DNA of 44,405 nt, from positions 1 to 44,405 of the IMG/VR virus record IMGVR_UViG_3300034069_000356; one strand, 5' to 3'. This DNA is from a virus. Below, in pieces: positions 25,040 through 33,327 of the stretch. Numbering within the stretch: the first letter of the stretch is position 1; each line of letters begins with the position of its first letter. The notes below the pieces were generated by a model. It made no database searches and was not told where the DNA came from. It saw only the letters and a list, made by a program, of their open reading frames with translations. The position numbers and the translations under genes are program-made.

Positions 25040-25560
25040 CGGCGCAGAGCATGTTGGGGCTGCCGTACTGCCACACTAAAGCACCGATGCAATTTAGGCA
25101 ATAGTCCGCTTTCCGCTTACGGGTGGTAACAGACAACCTCAGTACCTCACGGCTTACCCGGATCGCTTCTGCCTTCCTGTTTACCCGCGATGCCCGTCTG
25201 CCTAAGCAAGGTGGGCCAGACCCGGATGGAGCAGTGAGATGCCAGCTAGATAGTCACCACCAATTCGTGTCGCGGATATCCCTCGCCCGCGTCGGGCTAT
25301 GGGGGTGCGGAAATCCGGTAAGCCGGCAAAGACACCCAGGAACATCGAGCCTCATTCAGGATTGCTCAGCCCGTTGTGGCTACTAGGGCTTAACCGGACT
25401 GAACTCGGTTCCACCTCTTGGCCTGTCCGTTCTTTCGGATGGCCCCCGGTCAGATGGGATCAAAAAACCGGACTTGCAGTTTCCGTGGGAATGTTGCATA
25501 TGGTGGCTGCACACCCAAACGGGCGGTTGGAGGGCTCATCTCTGACCGCCCAATTTTTTT
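25040..25560 (+). ncRNA. candidate large structured non-coding RNA (5' end unknown)
   Basis: No credible ORF. Many local helices. Ends in an intrinsic terminator on the + strand. See findings. Confidence 0.3.
25521..25560 (+). terminator. Rho-independent terminator
   Basis: GGGCGGT (25521-25527), a 17-nt loop, ACCGCCC (25545-25551), then AATTTTTTT up to 25560. Confidence 0.75.
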
Positions 25561-25616
25561 AGTTGTTTGGTAACCCCAAGTCAAGCATACAGGGGTTCTC
25601 ATTTGGAGGTGCAATC

Positions 25617-25934
25617 ATGAGCCGATTTTTTGCTTTCGCAGCCCTTGTCGCGATGCCCACGCTGGCAACCGCTCAGATTCAGACCACATGCCAGCGCGTC
25701 TGGAATACCGTGCAATGCCAGACTTACGGCAACGCTCCGCAGCAGATGACACAGCAGCCTGTTTATCAGCAGAACCCGATCATCAATCAGATGCTTTCGC
25801 CCGGAGCGGTGAATGGATTTGCTATCGGGTTGGAGCAGGCCCGCGAACGTCGCATCCAGCAGCAGCTAGAACTTCAACAGCAGCAGATCGATAATTGCCG
25901 GTATGCTGCCGCTCACGGCTTTGCGTGCGATTAA
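25617..25934 (+). CDS. secreted small Gln-rich protein with two Cys pairs (moron-like, opposite strand to the late genes)
   Basis: ORF 25563..25934 trimmed to ATG 25617 (GGAGG 7 nt upstream). Signal peptide MSRFFAFAALVAMPTLATA followed by QIQ. CQRVWNTVQC and CRYAAAHGFAC. Poly-Q segment QQQLELQQQQ. Confidence 0.65.
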   Translation: MSRFFAFAALVAMPTLATAQIQTTCQRVWNTVQCQTYGNAPQQMTQQPVYQQNPIINQMLSPGAVNGFAIGLEQARERRIQQQLELQQQQIDNCRYAAAHGFACD

Positions 25935-26893
25935 TTCGCTTCGTAGCTGCCGGAAATAACCAGTGTTGCTCCGTTAGCGCCAGGATAGCTGTTGTCGTAG
26001 AACTGCAAGCCGCCAACCGTTCCAGCCGCGCTAAGTTGCCCCGATAGCATCTTGCCTGTGAGGGACGAGTCCCTGCCCACTAGCACGGACGACGACTTTG
26101 CCGCGACAGGAATTGTGAACGTGATCGACCCTGCGCCAGTGCCATTTGTCGGTATGCTGATCGAGATCGACACGAACACCGTTTTGCCGACCTGAAGATA
26201 CCGCCCGGTAGCTGTTGCTGTCGTCAATGTGCCGCTAGTGGCTCCGATCGTAGGGGTGAATGCCGTCCAAGCAGCCGCAAGGGAAGAATAAGGCGCCACA
26301 GCAGCCCCTACGAACGCGGTAGTGGCTAATTGGGTTGTGGAGGTGCCGGCAGTCGCTGTTGGGGCTGTAGGCGTACCTGTGAAGCCGGGAGACGCTATCG
26401 GTGCATAGCTGGTGAGATTGGCTTTTACATAAGCTGTCGTAGCGATTGACGTGTCATTGTCCGCAGTGGCTGGCGTGGGGGCCTTCGGATCGCCTGTGAA
26501 GGTTGGAGACGCCAATGGGGCATAGGTGCCTAGCGCAGAAATTACATATGCAGTACTAGCGGCCTTGGTGGAGTTGTCCCCAGCGGTAGGCGTGGGGATT
26601 GTTACCGTGCCCGTAAATGTCGGGTTGCTTGCTGGTGCGGCAGCGTTGGCCGTGGACTGAGCGGCATTCGCTGTGTTCAATGCGTTCTGCGCGTCGGTTT
26701 CGGCCTGTAGCGCGATACCTTGAACCGAATTAGCGGTTACGACTGCTTTGGCAGCAGAGGCCTGTGCAGCCGTAGCGGAATCAACCGCCTGCTGAGCCAA
26801 GCCAGACTGATCCTGTATCGTTTCCAGCGCTCGAATGGTCTTCGGATCGTTGGAAATCTTCTGGATATCTGCCCGAGTGAGGGTCGTGCTCAT
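25931..26893 (-). CDS. tail needle/fibre protein with three fibre repeats
   Basis: Ala/Gln-rich coiled N-terminal part, then SNPTFTGTVTIPTPTAGDNSTKAASTAYV, ASPTFTGDPKAPTPATADNDTSIATTAYV and ASPGFTGTPTAPTATAGTSTTQLATTAFV. Occupies the P22 gp26 position. Confidence 0.75.
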   Translation of the reverse strand: MSTTLTRADIQKISNDPKTIRALETIQDQSGLAQQAVDSATAAQASAAKAVVTANSVQGIALQAETDAQNALNTANAAQSTANAAAPASNPTFTGTVTIPTPTAGDNSTKAASTAYVISALGTYAPLASPTFTGDPKAPTPATADNDTSIATTAYVKANLTSYAPIASPGFTGTPTAPTATAGTSTTQLATTAFVGAAVAPYSSLAAAWTAFTPTIGATSGTLTTATATGRYLQVGKTVFVSISISIPTNGTGAGSITFTIPVAAKSSSVLVGRDSSLTGKMLSGQLSAAGTVGGLQFYDNSYPGANGATLVISGSYEAN

Positions 26894-28290
26894 GCGTTAA
26901 GCGATTCGATGCTGTCATCTGGCACGTTGAGCGCAGCAATCCCGATAAGTGAATTGCTGTCGCCTCTAAAGCGCCATGTGGCGTAATTGCGATATCGCGC
27001 GTGTGGGTTCCATGTCAGCCGGCCCTTGCGGTCACCAGATACAGGCATCCGATTCGCCCGCTCCATCGACCATGTTTGCCCATCTTTCGAGCTGGACCAA
27101 TAGACTACGGCAGGAGAAGCCACACCCCGTCCATAGAGCCCGACAAGCTCGAAATCATGGACGATAAAGCCCTTGGCCTTGTTCCATGTCAGCGTCGTTT
27201 GGAATTGCCAGCCTGTGCTATCGCCGAAATGGTCACCTGTCTGATCCGAAAGAGTACCGAGCGAAGCCGTTTCCGTATCGCCTACCCACCATTTGCCATA
27301 AGCCAGCACCGGATGGCGCAAACGGTAAGCATTCTCCATACCACGGCCAGACTTGGCGATGTACCACACCTTGTCCTGAGCCGCCGTGGAGGCGTTCATC
27401 AGGAAAACAAGCGTCTTGTCAGGGAGGTGGATAAAAAGCCGTTCTTCGTCGTCTGAAACCCGCGATTCCATCTCGATCAGCGACGGATCAGCCACACTTG
27501 CCAGCATCTTATCGATGGCACGGGTCGAAATCTTCTGAGCGGATGCGCCGTCCTGCAGGAACACGCCAGGCTGCTCGTTAAAGCCGCCACCGACGAATGC
27601 GAAAGACTGAGAGTATAGGCATTTCGCCATAGGCCCGACACAACCCTTGGGAATCGTCGCGCCCGTGTTGACGGTGAGCGGGAAATTAGATCCGCCAGTG
27701 TAGGAGTCGACCTCAATGGTGTTATCGCCCAGCACGAACATTTCGTTTCGGGATACGATTAGGCCGGTAACTGCGTCAGGGCTGGATTCGGCAGACCCAT
27801 AGCGAGTAGCCGTCCAGCTGGTCGGATCATCGATATCAGCAGCCAGGATATATGTGCCATCAGTTGAGAAGAACTGACCATTAAGCCATGCAACATCAAG
27901 GCATTTTCCAAGGTCTGTGTCAGTCACCTCGGTAAGGGTTGTGCCGTTCCAGTAATACAGCGATGTCCCGGAGCGGATGCCGATGCGATCGAACCCGCGT
28001 GCCCAACTAACCGGACCAGTGCCGCCAACGTCCCCGAGCGTCGTGGTGATCCCGTTCTTGTCCACGGAAACGAGCTTAGTACCCATGACCCGGAGATGCG
28101 TCGCGCTCCATAGGATTGCACCACGGCATACACCCGGCCCGGTTGACACGGTAACGGAACCAGGAGCTAGGCGAACCTGCCCCTTGGCTATGCCGTTCTG
28201 CCCGCCGATCTGCTCAAGCGAGGTGGGGTATACCTCCTCAAACTCGGCAGTCTCAGTCGTGCCAATACCGGAGATTAGCGGAATCTGCAT
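26890..28290 (-). CDS. tail accessory / packaged-DNA stabilisation protein (P22 gp10-like)
   Basis: 466 aa versus 472 aa for gp10. IPLISGIG, AESSPDAVTG and VLGDNTIEVDSYTGG parallel gp10 (LPMMKGMG, AESQPDGIIG, VCFGSSTIEYFSLTGA). Confidence 0.75.
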   Translation of the reverse strand: MQIPLISGIGTTETAEFEEVYPTSLEQIGGQNGIAKGQVRLAPGSVTVSTGPGVCRGAILWSATHLRVMGTKLVSVDKNGITTTLGDVGGTGPVSWARGFDRIGIRSGTSLYYWNGTTLTEVTDTDLGKCLDVAWLNGQFFSTDGTYILAADIDDPTSWTATRYGSAESSPDAVTGLIVSRNEMFVLGDNTIEVDSYTGGSNFPLTVNTGATIPKGCVGPMAKCLYSQSFAFVGGGFNEQPGVFLQDGASAQKISTRAIDKMLASVADPSLIEMESRVSDDEERLFIHLPDKTLVFLMNASTAAQDKVWYIAKSGRGMENAYRLRHPVLAYGKWWVGDTETASLGTLSDQTGDHFGDSTGWQFQTTLTWNKAKGFIVHDFELVGLYGRGVASPAVVYWSSSKDGQTWSMERANRMPVSGDRKGRLTWNPHARYRNYATWRFRGDSNSLIGIAALNVPDDSIESLNA

Positions 28291-28736
28291 CAGTCAGGCG
28301 TCACGTCGTTACCATAGTACGGATATGGGCCAGACCAATATTTGTTACCCGAACCTCTGGGAGTCGTGCGGCGCAGGCTCATCGTTGGAATGGTCTGGTA
28401 TTTGGTCAGCAGGATAGACATGGCTCGCTGATAGGTACGCGACAGGGCAGCGGCCTTGCCAATCTGGGGGCCGATCAATTCCGCGACGTAAGCGGCAGCG
28501 CCAAGGATGTCCTCGTTATCTAGCCCGCTTTCGTCCTCGGGGTTGCCGTCGCCACTCTGGGGGAAGTTGTAATTCGTGGCGCCAATGATCGCCATCTGAT
28601 CGTTGAGCGCTTGGAGCCCTTTCACATATTCTTCGGGCTCAAGCTCAAACTCAGCCGTCGATTGCCCACAGATCCCGTAGGCGCGTTTGATGATCTCGCG
28701 CTTGAGTAATCCGCCGAAAATCGAGATAACGGTCAT
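28290..28736 (-). CDS. tail accessory / head completion protein (P22 gp4-like)
   Basis: LLKREIIKRAYGICG..., LEPEEYVKGLQALNDQMA and RRTTPRGSGNKYW parallel P22 gp4 (DLVRAALRKLGV..., VEPQSMQDAVDDLEAMMA, PSRMPTGSGNSFA). Confidence 0.7.
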   Translation of the reverse strand: MTVISIFGGLLKREIIKRAYGICGQSTAEFELEPEEYVKGLQALNDQMAIIGATNYNFPQSGDGNPEDESGLDNEDILGAAAYVAELIGPQIGKAAALSRTYQRAMSILLTKYQTIPTMSLRRTTPRGSGNKYWSGPYPYYGNDVTPD

Positions 28737-28737
28737 A

Positions 28738-29520
28738 TCAGAGCACCATAGGGGACAGCCACCAGTACGCGATATGCTGCTGGACGGCCATCACTTCGGG
28801 CACAGTAGCACGATAGATGCCGTGGTCAAAATAGGCACCTGCCATCTTCGTATATCCAAGCGGCCCGCGATACTTGGTAGGCGTGCCACCATCCTTTGAG
28901 ACGTTCAACATGCCAGAGACAGGATCGAAGATACCCGAAATAGTAATGCGGAAGCGAGTGCCACGAACGATATCGGCCGTGTCGGTCCATATGACCTTTG
29001 TGAAGTTGCCGGCCTGACCATCGTTACCGTTTACGCCCCAACGCGCGCGAAGCTGCAACCGCTCTTTCACCATCTCCAAAGCGATCGGAGGCGAACCTGG
29101 CAGCTTGGATGTGTTGATGTCCTGATGGAACTGCGCCAGCAGGAACCAGCTTGCAGTGTTCGGCTTGCCATCCTCTACCGTGATGTCGAGCGAGATTTGG
29201 AACGCTTGGCCCGGAGCCACCAAGGTATCATCTCGCGTCATGAGCGAGCAGCGGTCGCAATCCTTATGTCCCGCCTCGTCAGCGAAGTTGCGGTCTCCCT
29301 GATGCACCTCAAACCGGGTAGCAACGCCGACTGCACCAAGCGCATAAGGCCGAGGCGCGAATGCCGACGCCATCATGAAGGGGGCTTCGTTGATGGTGTA
29401 GAACGCGGGAATGTCCGTGTCTTTGGTCTGCTTGCCAAGCGCGGGCGTCCACTTGTCAGGCGTGACGATGGTTCGTGAGTTGATCAGTGCGGATTGTGCG
29501 GCTGGTATTGTCATGATCAA
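28738..29520 (-). CDS. putative polysaccharide lyase-like (concanavalin-fold) protein
   Basis: RFEVHQGD, LAQFHQD......PPIALEM, GMLNVSKDG and AYFDHGIYRA follow the R.E / Q.H / YFK.G.Y pattern of PL7 and PF14099-type lyases. Confidence 0.5.
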   Translation of the reverse strand: MIMTIPAAQSALINSRTIVTPDKWTPALGKQTKDTDIPAFYTINEAPFMMASAFAPRPYALGAVGVATRFEVHQGDRNFADEAGHKDCDRCSLMTRDDTLVAPGQAFQISLDITVEDGKPNTASWFLLAQFHQDINTSKLPGSPPIALEMVKERLQLRARWGVNGNDGQAGNFTKVIWTDTADIVRGTRFRITISGIFDPVSGMLNVSKDGGTPTKYRGPLGYTKMAGAYFDHGIYRATVPEVMAVQQHIAYWWLSPMVL

Positions 29521-29526
29521 AACCCC

Positions 29527-31572
29527 TTACGAAGCCGGAACGGTGTCGGGCTTGGTCCAATACTTTGAATATGCCAGAGGACGCGGCATGATTAGACACT
29601 TTCCCTGCGCCTGAAGCTGCGCAAGATACATCCAAGTTTGGACGGTTTCCTCCTGAGGTGAGTTGAGCGTGTCTGGATTCGCCTTGGGCGCATTGCCGTG
29701 AACACCCAGGATAATCGAGTTTCCTAGCTGGATAGCCTTATCGATCACGGGCTTATACGTGCCGGCAAATGTGTTGGTGTTGCCGGCCATGCTGTACCAG
29801 GGCAGGTAGTATTGCCGGCCGCCCAGCCCGTATCGGGTCGGCCAACCGCGCCCTGGATCAGCCGAGATGCGAGCCGTGAGGAAGCCTTCTGTCTTGAGCC
29901 GCTGCGCCATCGCATCCCATGGGAACGCGCCCGGAGCCTGCCGGAACATGATGCGGTTCGTGGTGCCCGGATTGGGAACCACGGCGGCCGAGCCGTCTGC
30001 ATTCTGGAGGACGACGTGTGTCGTATCTGTCACCGTTTTGACGTTGACGCCCCGTGCGATGCCGGGACCAAAAGCGAGATCACCGACGACAGGTGTGCGG
30101 GTGAATGCGGCTGACAGCGTGACGTTGGCCCCGCCGTCCGTTGAGAAAGTGACCGTGTTGCTGGTCGACGCGGTGCCCAAATCATACATCGCACCCTGTG
30201 CCACGCCGATATGGTTCTCACCGCCGAAGCCATCCTGGAGCCCGTTATCCTTGATGTACTGCCGGACTGCGTTAAGCCCGATGCCGCCAGAGCCCGGCTT
30301 TGTGGGGTCAAACTTATTGCCGGCGGGACCATTCATCGCGGTCTCGATGTCTGCCGCCGAGGTGAACTGGCTGTCGTCCATCGAGCTGTCACATACCATG
30401 CCCCAGCCTGCTGCCCGGAATTGCTGAACCTGCGCGAGCGTCATGAAGCCGGCATTATTGCCGCGCAGGTAGTTGTTCGGGGTGACATTGAGCGACCCGA
30501 CGAGACCGGCCGCCTTCATGTCCTGAAGGAAGTAGAGGAACTGGCTATAATAGCCATCGTCGCCTTCAGGCATGATGATTGGGATGCCGGCCGCCTGCGT
30601 CAGGATGGGCCCAATGTTGATCTTATGTGCAACGGGCATATTTCCACCCGCACCTTCGGTCAGTCGAAGATCGGTCTGAATACCCGGGGTGATGGTTGCG
30701 CCTGCATTTGTGAACTCACTGACGTGCGCATTGAACCAAGCACCGCCAGGAATGGGATTAACATTCTGTGTGGGGCCGGTGAAACTCGTTGTGCCTTGCC
30801 GAAGGTATGCGGTCTCCGTGCTATAGAGGAATGGGTCCAGCGGATCGTTGTACTTCCACCAAGAAATGACGCCGGGATCAGACGTGTCACTGGCCGGGAT
30901 GAGGTTATTCCGTTGGAATGAGCCGAAGTCGCCCGTGCCCTTGCCGGTATAGCCAATCGTTGACGAGCCAAGAGGGCCGGGTACAGTGGTATCAATCGCA
31001 ATAGAAGCGTTCTGTGCATAGACCGACACAGCATTTGTTAGGTCCGTCATGGCGGCTCGGAGAGAAGCTGTCGGCAAGACGATAGGCGGAATAACTGGCG
31101 TTACCGGCCCGCTGCTTCCCCCACTATAGCCAGGTGTACCAGCGTTGTAGGAAAACGACACCGCCTTGAAATTGAAGGTGCCCGTAACAGACTGCGAACC
31201 ATCACCAGACGTAGCAATCACTGACAGGGTGTAGACAGTACCCGCAACGCCCGCCGTTCCGCCAACCGTCACAGTGTTATTGTTCAACGCAAGCTGGCCC
31301 GGAACCGTGCCAGTTGTTGCATAGGTGGTAACGCCCCTGCCCTGCCCTCGGAACGGATCAGTCAGCGCCGCAACGATCGCACCAGCCGGCGAGGACAGCG
31401 AAAATGAGGTCGCATAGGCCCGGAACGAACTAGATCCTGTGGGGACGTAGTTCGTCGCTAGCTCGACGTAATCGTCAGCCGTGCCCGTCGCACGCAGGAT
31501 GCTTTCATCCGGGCCAGAATAGATCGTGCCAACGTTTTGACCGTTATATGGGCGAAGCAGGCGGACGGGCAT
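29527..31572 (-). CDS. large virion-associated protein, possible fibre with a NodB-like (CE4) deacetylase domain
   Basis: 681 aa. Thr/Gly-rich N-terminal third. Central IIMPEGDDGYYSQFLYFLQDMKAAGL....MTLAQVQQFRAAGWGMVCDS resembles the TFDDG... / GhEigsH motifs of polysaccharide deacetylases, but the His motif is not conserved. Confidence 0.45.
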   Translation of the reverse strand: MPVRLLRPYNGQNVGTIYSGPDESILRATGTADDYVELATNYVPTGSSSFRAYATSFSLSSPAGAIVAALTDPFRGQGRGVTTYATTGTVPGQLALNNNTVTVGGTAGVAGTVYTLSVIATSGDGSQSVTGTFNFKAVSFSYNAGTPGYSGGSSGPVTPVIPPIVLPTASLRAAMTDLTNAVSVYAQNASIAIDTTVPGPLGSSTIGYTGKGTGDFGSFQRNNLIPASDTSDPGVISWWKYNDPLDPFLYSTETAYLRQGTTSFTGPTQNVNPIPGGAWFNAHVSEFTNAGATITPGIQTDLRLTEGAGGNMPVAHKINIGPILTQAAGIPIIMPEGDDGYYSQFLYFLQDMKAAGLVGSLNVTPNNYLRGNNAGFMTLAQVQQFRAAGWGMVCDSSMDDSQFTSAADIETAMNGPAGNKFDPTKPGSGGIGLNAVRQYIKDNGLQDGFGGENHIGVAQGAMYDLGTASTSNTVTFSTDGGANVTLSAAFTRTPVVGDLAFGPGIARGVNVKTVTDTTHVVLQNADGSAAVVPNPGTTNRIMFRQAPGAFPWDAMAQRLKTEGFLTARISADPGRGWPTRYGLGGRQYYLPWYSMAGNTNTFAGTYKPVIDKAIQLGNSIILGVHGNAPKANPDTLNSPQEETVQTWMYLAQLQAQGKCLIMPRPLAYSKYWTKPDTVPAS

Positions 31573-31583
31573 GGGTTAATTCC

Positions 31584-31745
31584 TCAGCAAACAATGTCGG
31601 GAAGGCCCAGCGGCTGCTGAACGATCTGATAAAAGGTGTAAGGAATCTCGTACGACTGCTCATTAGCGAGCACGATAAGGACATACTTCGGATCAGTCGT
31701 GGTCACGCATGAAACGCTGACCACATCGGCGGGATTCCAGTCCAT
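31584..31745 (-). CDS. hypothetical protein (53 aa)
   Basis: ORF 31584..31817 trimmed to ATG 31745, which follows AAGGAG. Confidence 0.55.
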   Translation of the reverse strand: MDWNPADVVSVSCVTTTDPKYVLIVLANEQSYEIPYTFYQIVQQPLGLPDIVC

Positions 31746-31755
31746 ATCAATCTCC

Positions 31756-32307
31756 TTACGAGGCCTTTGCCCATCCAGCAGTCGTAAATTCCAAGTCCTG
31801 CACCGCATTGCCTGCAAGTGCGATGTTGGAGCCTAAAAGCCCTGTAATGGTGGTGGTGAACAGCCCAAGCGTGCTGTTTTGAATGACGCGCTGGCGCAAC
31901 CCGACATATGCGTTAGTGGCCAGCGGCGTAACAGATAGATTGCCTAACAGCGTGCCCGTAAGACGCACCGTGGGCGGAGTTATCAGAGGAGTTAGTGAAA
32001 GGGTACCGGATGTCTGTGCGGACGTAGTGTTGTACGCGTCGCGCTGGAGCGTCCAAGCATAACTACCATTTGTCACGTCTTGACGGCAGCGCACCACTTC
32101 CCGAACGCCACCAACTCCCGGCGATCCGTTATGGAAGAGGTCGGACACATTCGCATACAGGCCGTTGTAAGCAGCCCCAGCCGGGTAACTGCCCATCAAC
32201 TGTGCAAGCGTGACGGGCTGGCCGGAATTAACAAACGAAAGCGCAGCGTTTTGCGCGATCATCTGCAATACCTGATCTAGTGTGCAGCCGTTGGTGACTT
32301 CGCCCAC
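31756..32307 (-). CDS. hypothetical virion-module protein
   Basis: GTG start 2 nt after the upstream TAA. 183 aa. Confidence 0.6.
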   Translation of the reverse strand: MGEVTNGCTLDQVLQMIAQNAALSFVNSGQPVTLAQLMGSYPAGAAYNGLYANVSDLFHNGSPGVGGVREVVRCRQDVTNGSYAWTLQRDAYNTTSAQTSGTLSLTPLITPPTVRLTGTLLGNLSVTPLATNAYVGLRQRVIQNSTLGLFTTTITGLLGSNIALAGNAVQDLEFTTAGWAKAS

Positions 32308-32309
32308 TG

Positions 32310-32771
32310 TTAGAACTCGGTCGCGGTATAAGGAAGCGACGCCGCAGCACCCACTACGCTGATAGCGCGGTTAGTCCGAACGTTGAACGATGCACCAGCC
32401 GCAATCGTGTACGTCCCCGCTGTTCCAATGGCAGCAGTCCCGCCAATCTCATTGATGCCGATGTTGCCCGTGCTGATATTCTGAATGTTGAGCCCGCGCC
32501 GAGCCGTATTGGCTGCTGCAAGCTGCGTAGCCGTGCCCGTGGTGGCGCTGGTCGTGCCAGAGCGATCCGTACCGGCAGGAAGAGCGGCACTCTGGGTATA
32601 GGTTGGGCTGGTGGATGAGCCCGTAGGAGACGCAGCGCCCGTAGAGCCATCAACAAGCTGGATAGCGGGGATTGCCGCCAGCTTGTTGGGGGTTACTCCA
32701 TCGCTAGGATCGGGAACCGAAACCGGCGAACCGGCTTGCGGCATTAGACCGGGAAGATACATGAGTGCCAT
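32310..32771 (-). CDS. hypothetical virion-module protein (Thr/Ala/Gly-rich)
   Basis: AAGGA RBS. 153 aa. Confidence 0.65.
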   Translation of the reverse strand: MALMYLPGLMPQAGSPVSVPDPSDGVTPNKLAAIPAIQLVDGSTGAASPTGSSTSPTYTQSAALPAGTDRSGTTSATTGTATQLAAANTARRGLNIQNISTGNIGINEIGGTAAIGTAGTYTIAAGASFNVRTNRAISVVGAAASLPYTATEF

Positions 32772-32800
32772 TATCGGTCCTTGCTACAAGCCGGCGTTCG

Positions 32801-33304
32801 TCAGAGGTCGGAAATCGAGGTCAGGTCGTTCGTATAGCCAGGGCCACCGCCCGGAAGCTCATTCGACTTGAGCCCAAGGCGCTTCATCATCGCCTTGACG
32901 TACGGCGTGCGGTTCTGGCCATTGCGCTCCAGAGCAAGCAGGCCATAGACCTTCTCGTCAGGGATCGAACCGTCAGTGCCGGCATCCACCGAAACGCGCT
33001 TTTCGAACGCATCCACGCCCAGATCCAGAAGATAAGCCCACTGCTGGATTTCCTCGGAACCGTGATACTGCACCGCAGGAGGCGCGCCAGGCAGATCATC
33101 AAACATGGCGTTGGCGATCTTGGTCTTGTCCACCACAGCCTGCTTAAGGCCTTCCTTCTGCGCTTCCTGCGTCTCCTCCTCGGTCAGGTGCGCCTTGTCA
33201 TCGGCAGCACCATCCTGATCCGTGGGAGCAGTGTTGGCAACAGGCTCGTCATTCGGGCCGTTGTCGGGGTTCGGTGCAGTGACCGGGTTAATTTCGTCAG
33301 CCAT
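32801..33304 (-). CDS. hypothetical protein downstream of the coat gene
   Basis: AGGAG RBS. Acidic, disordered-looking N-terminus. Confidence 0.7.
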   Translation of the reverse strand: MADEINPVTAPNPDNGPNDEPVANTAPTDQDGAADDKAHLTEEETQEAQKEGLKQAVVDKTKIANAMFDDLPGAPPAVQYHGSEEIQQWAYLLDLGVDAFEKRVSVDAGTDGSIPDEKVYGLLALERNGQNRTPYVKAMMKRLGLKSNELPGGGPGYTNDLTSISDL

Positions 33305-33327
33305 TGTGTGTCTCCTAACCCTGAAGG

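Noticed and set aside
25040-25560. Possible tmRNA, RNase P RNA, or TPP or cobalamin riboswitch
   Set aside because: Isolated similarities exist: GGGGCTG near the start, GGTAACAG, CTAGATAGTCAC, and GGGGGTGC...ACACCC...GGAAC. The universal cores are absent or out of order. These cores are GAGGAAAGUCCGGGC and ACAGAACCCGGCUUA for RNase P, a tag ORF ending in AA plus TCCACCA for tmRNA, CUGAGA for TPP, and the B12 box. A cmscan run is still needed.
25123-25562. Two 87-aa + strand ORFs (25123..25386 and 25299..25562) inside the non-coding island
   Set aside because: They have no RBS and overlap each other in different frames. Their Arg/Ser/Gly/Pro-rich composition is typical of off-frame GC-rich DNA. 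The second runs through the terminator hairpin. Treating them as a frameshifted pseudogene gives no recognisable protein.
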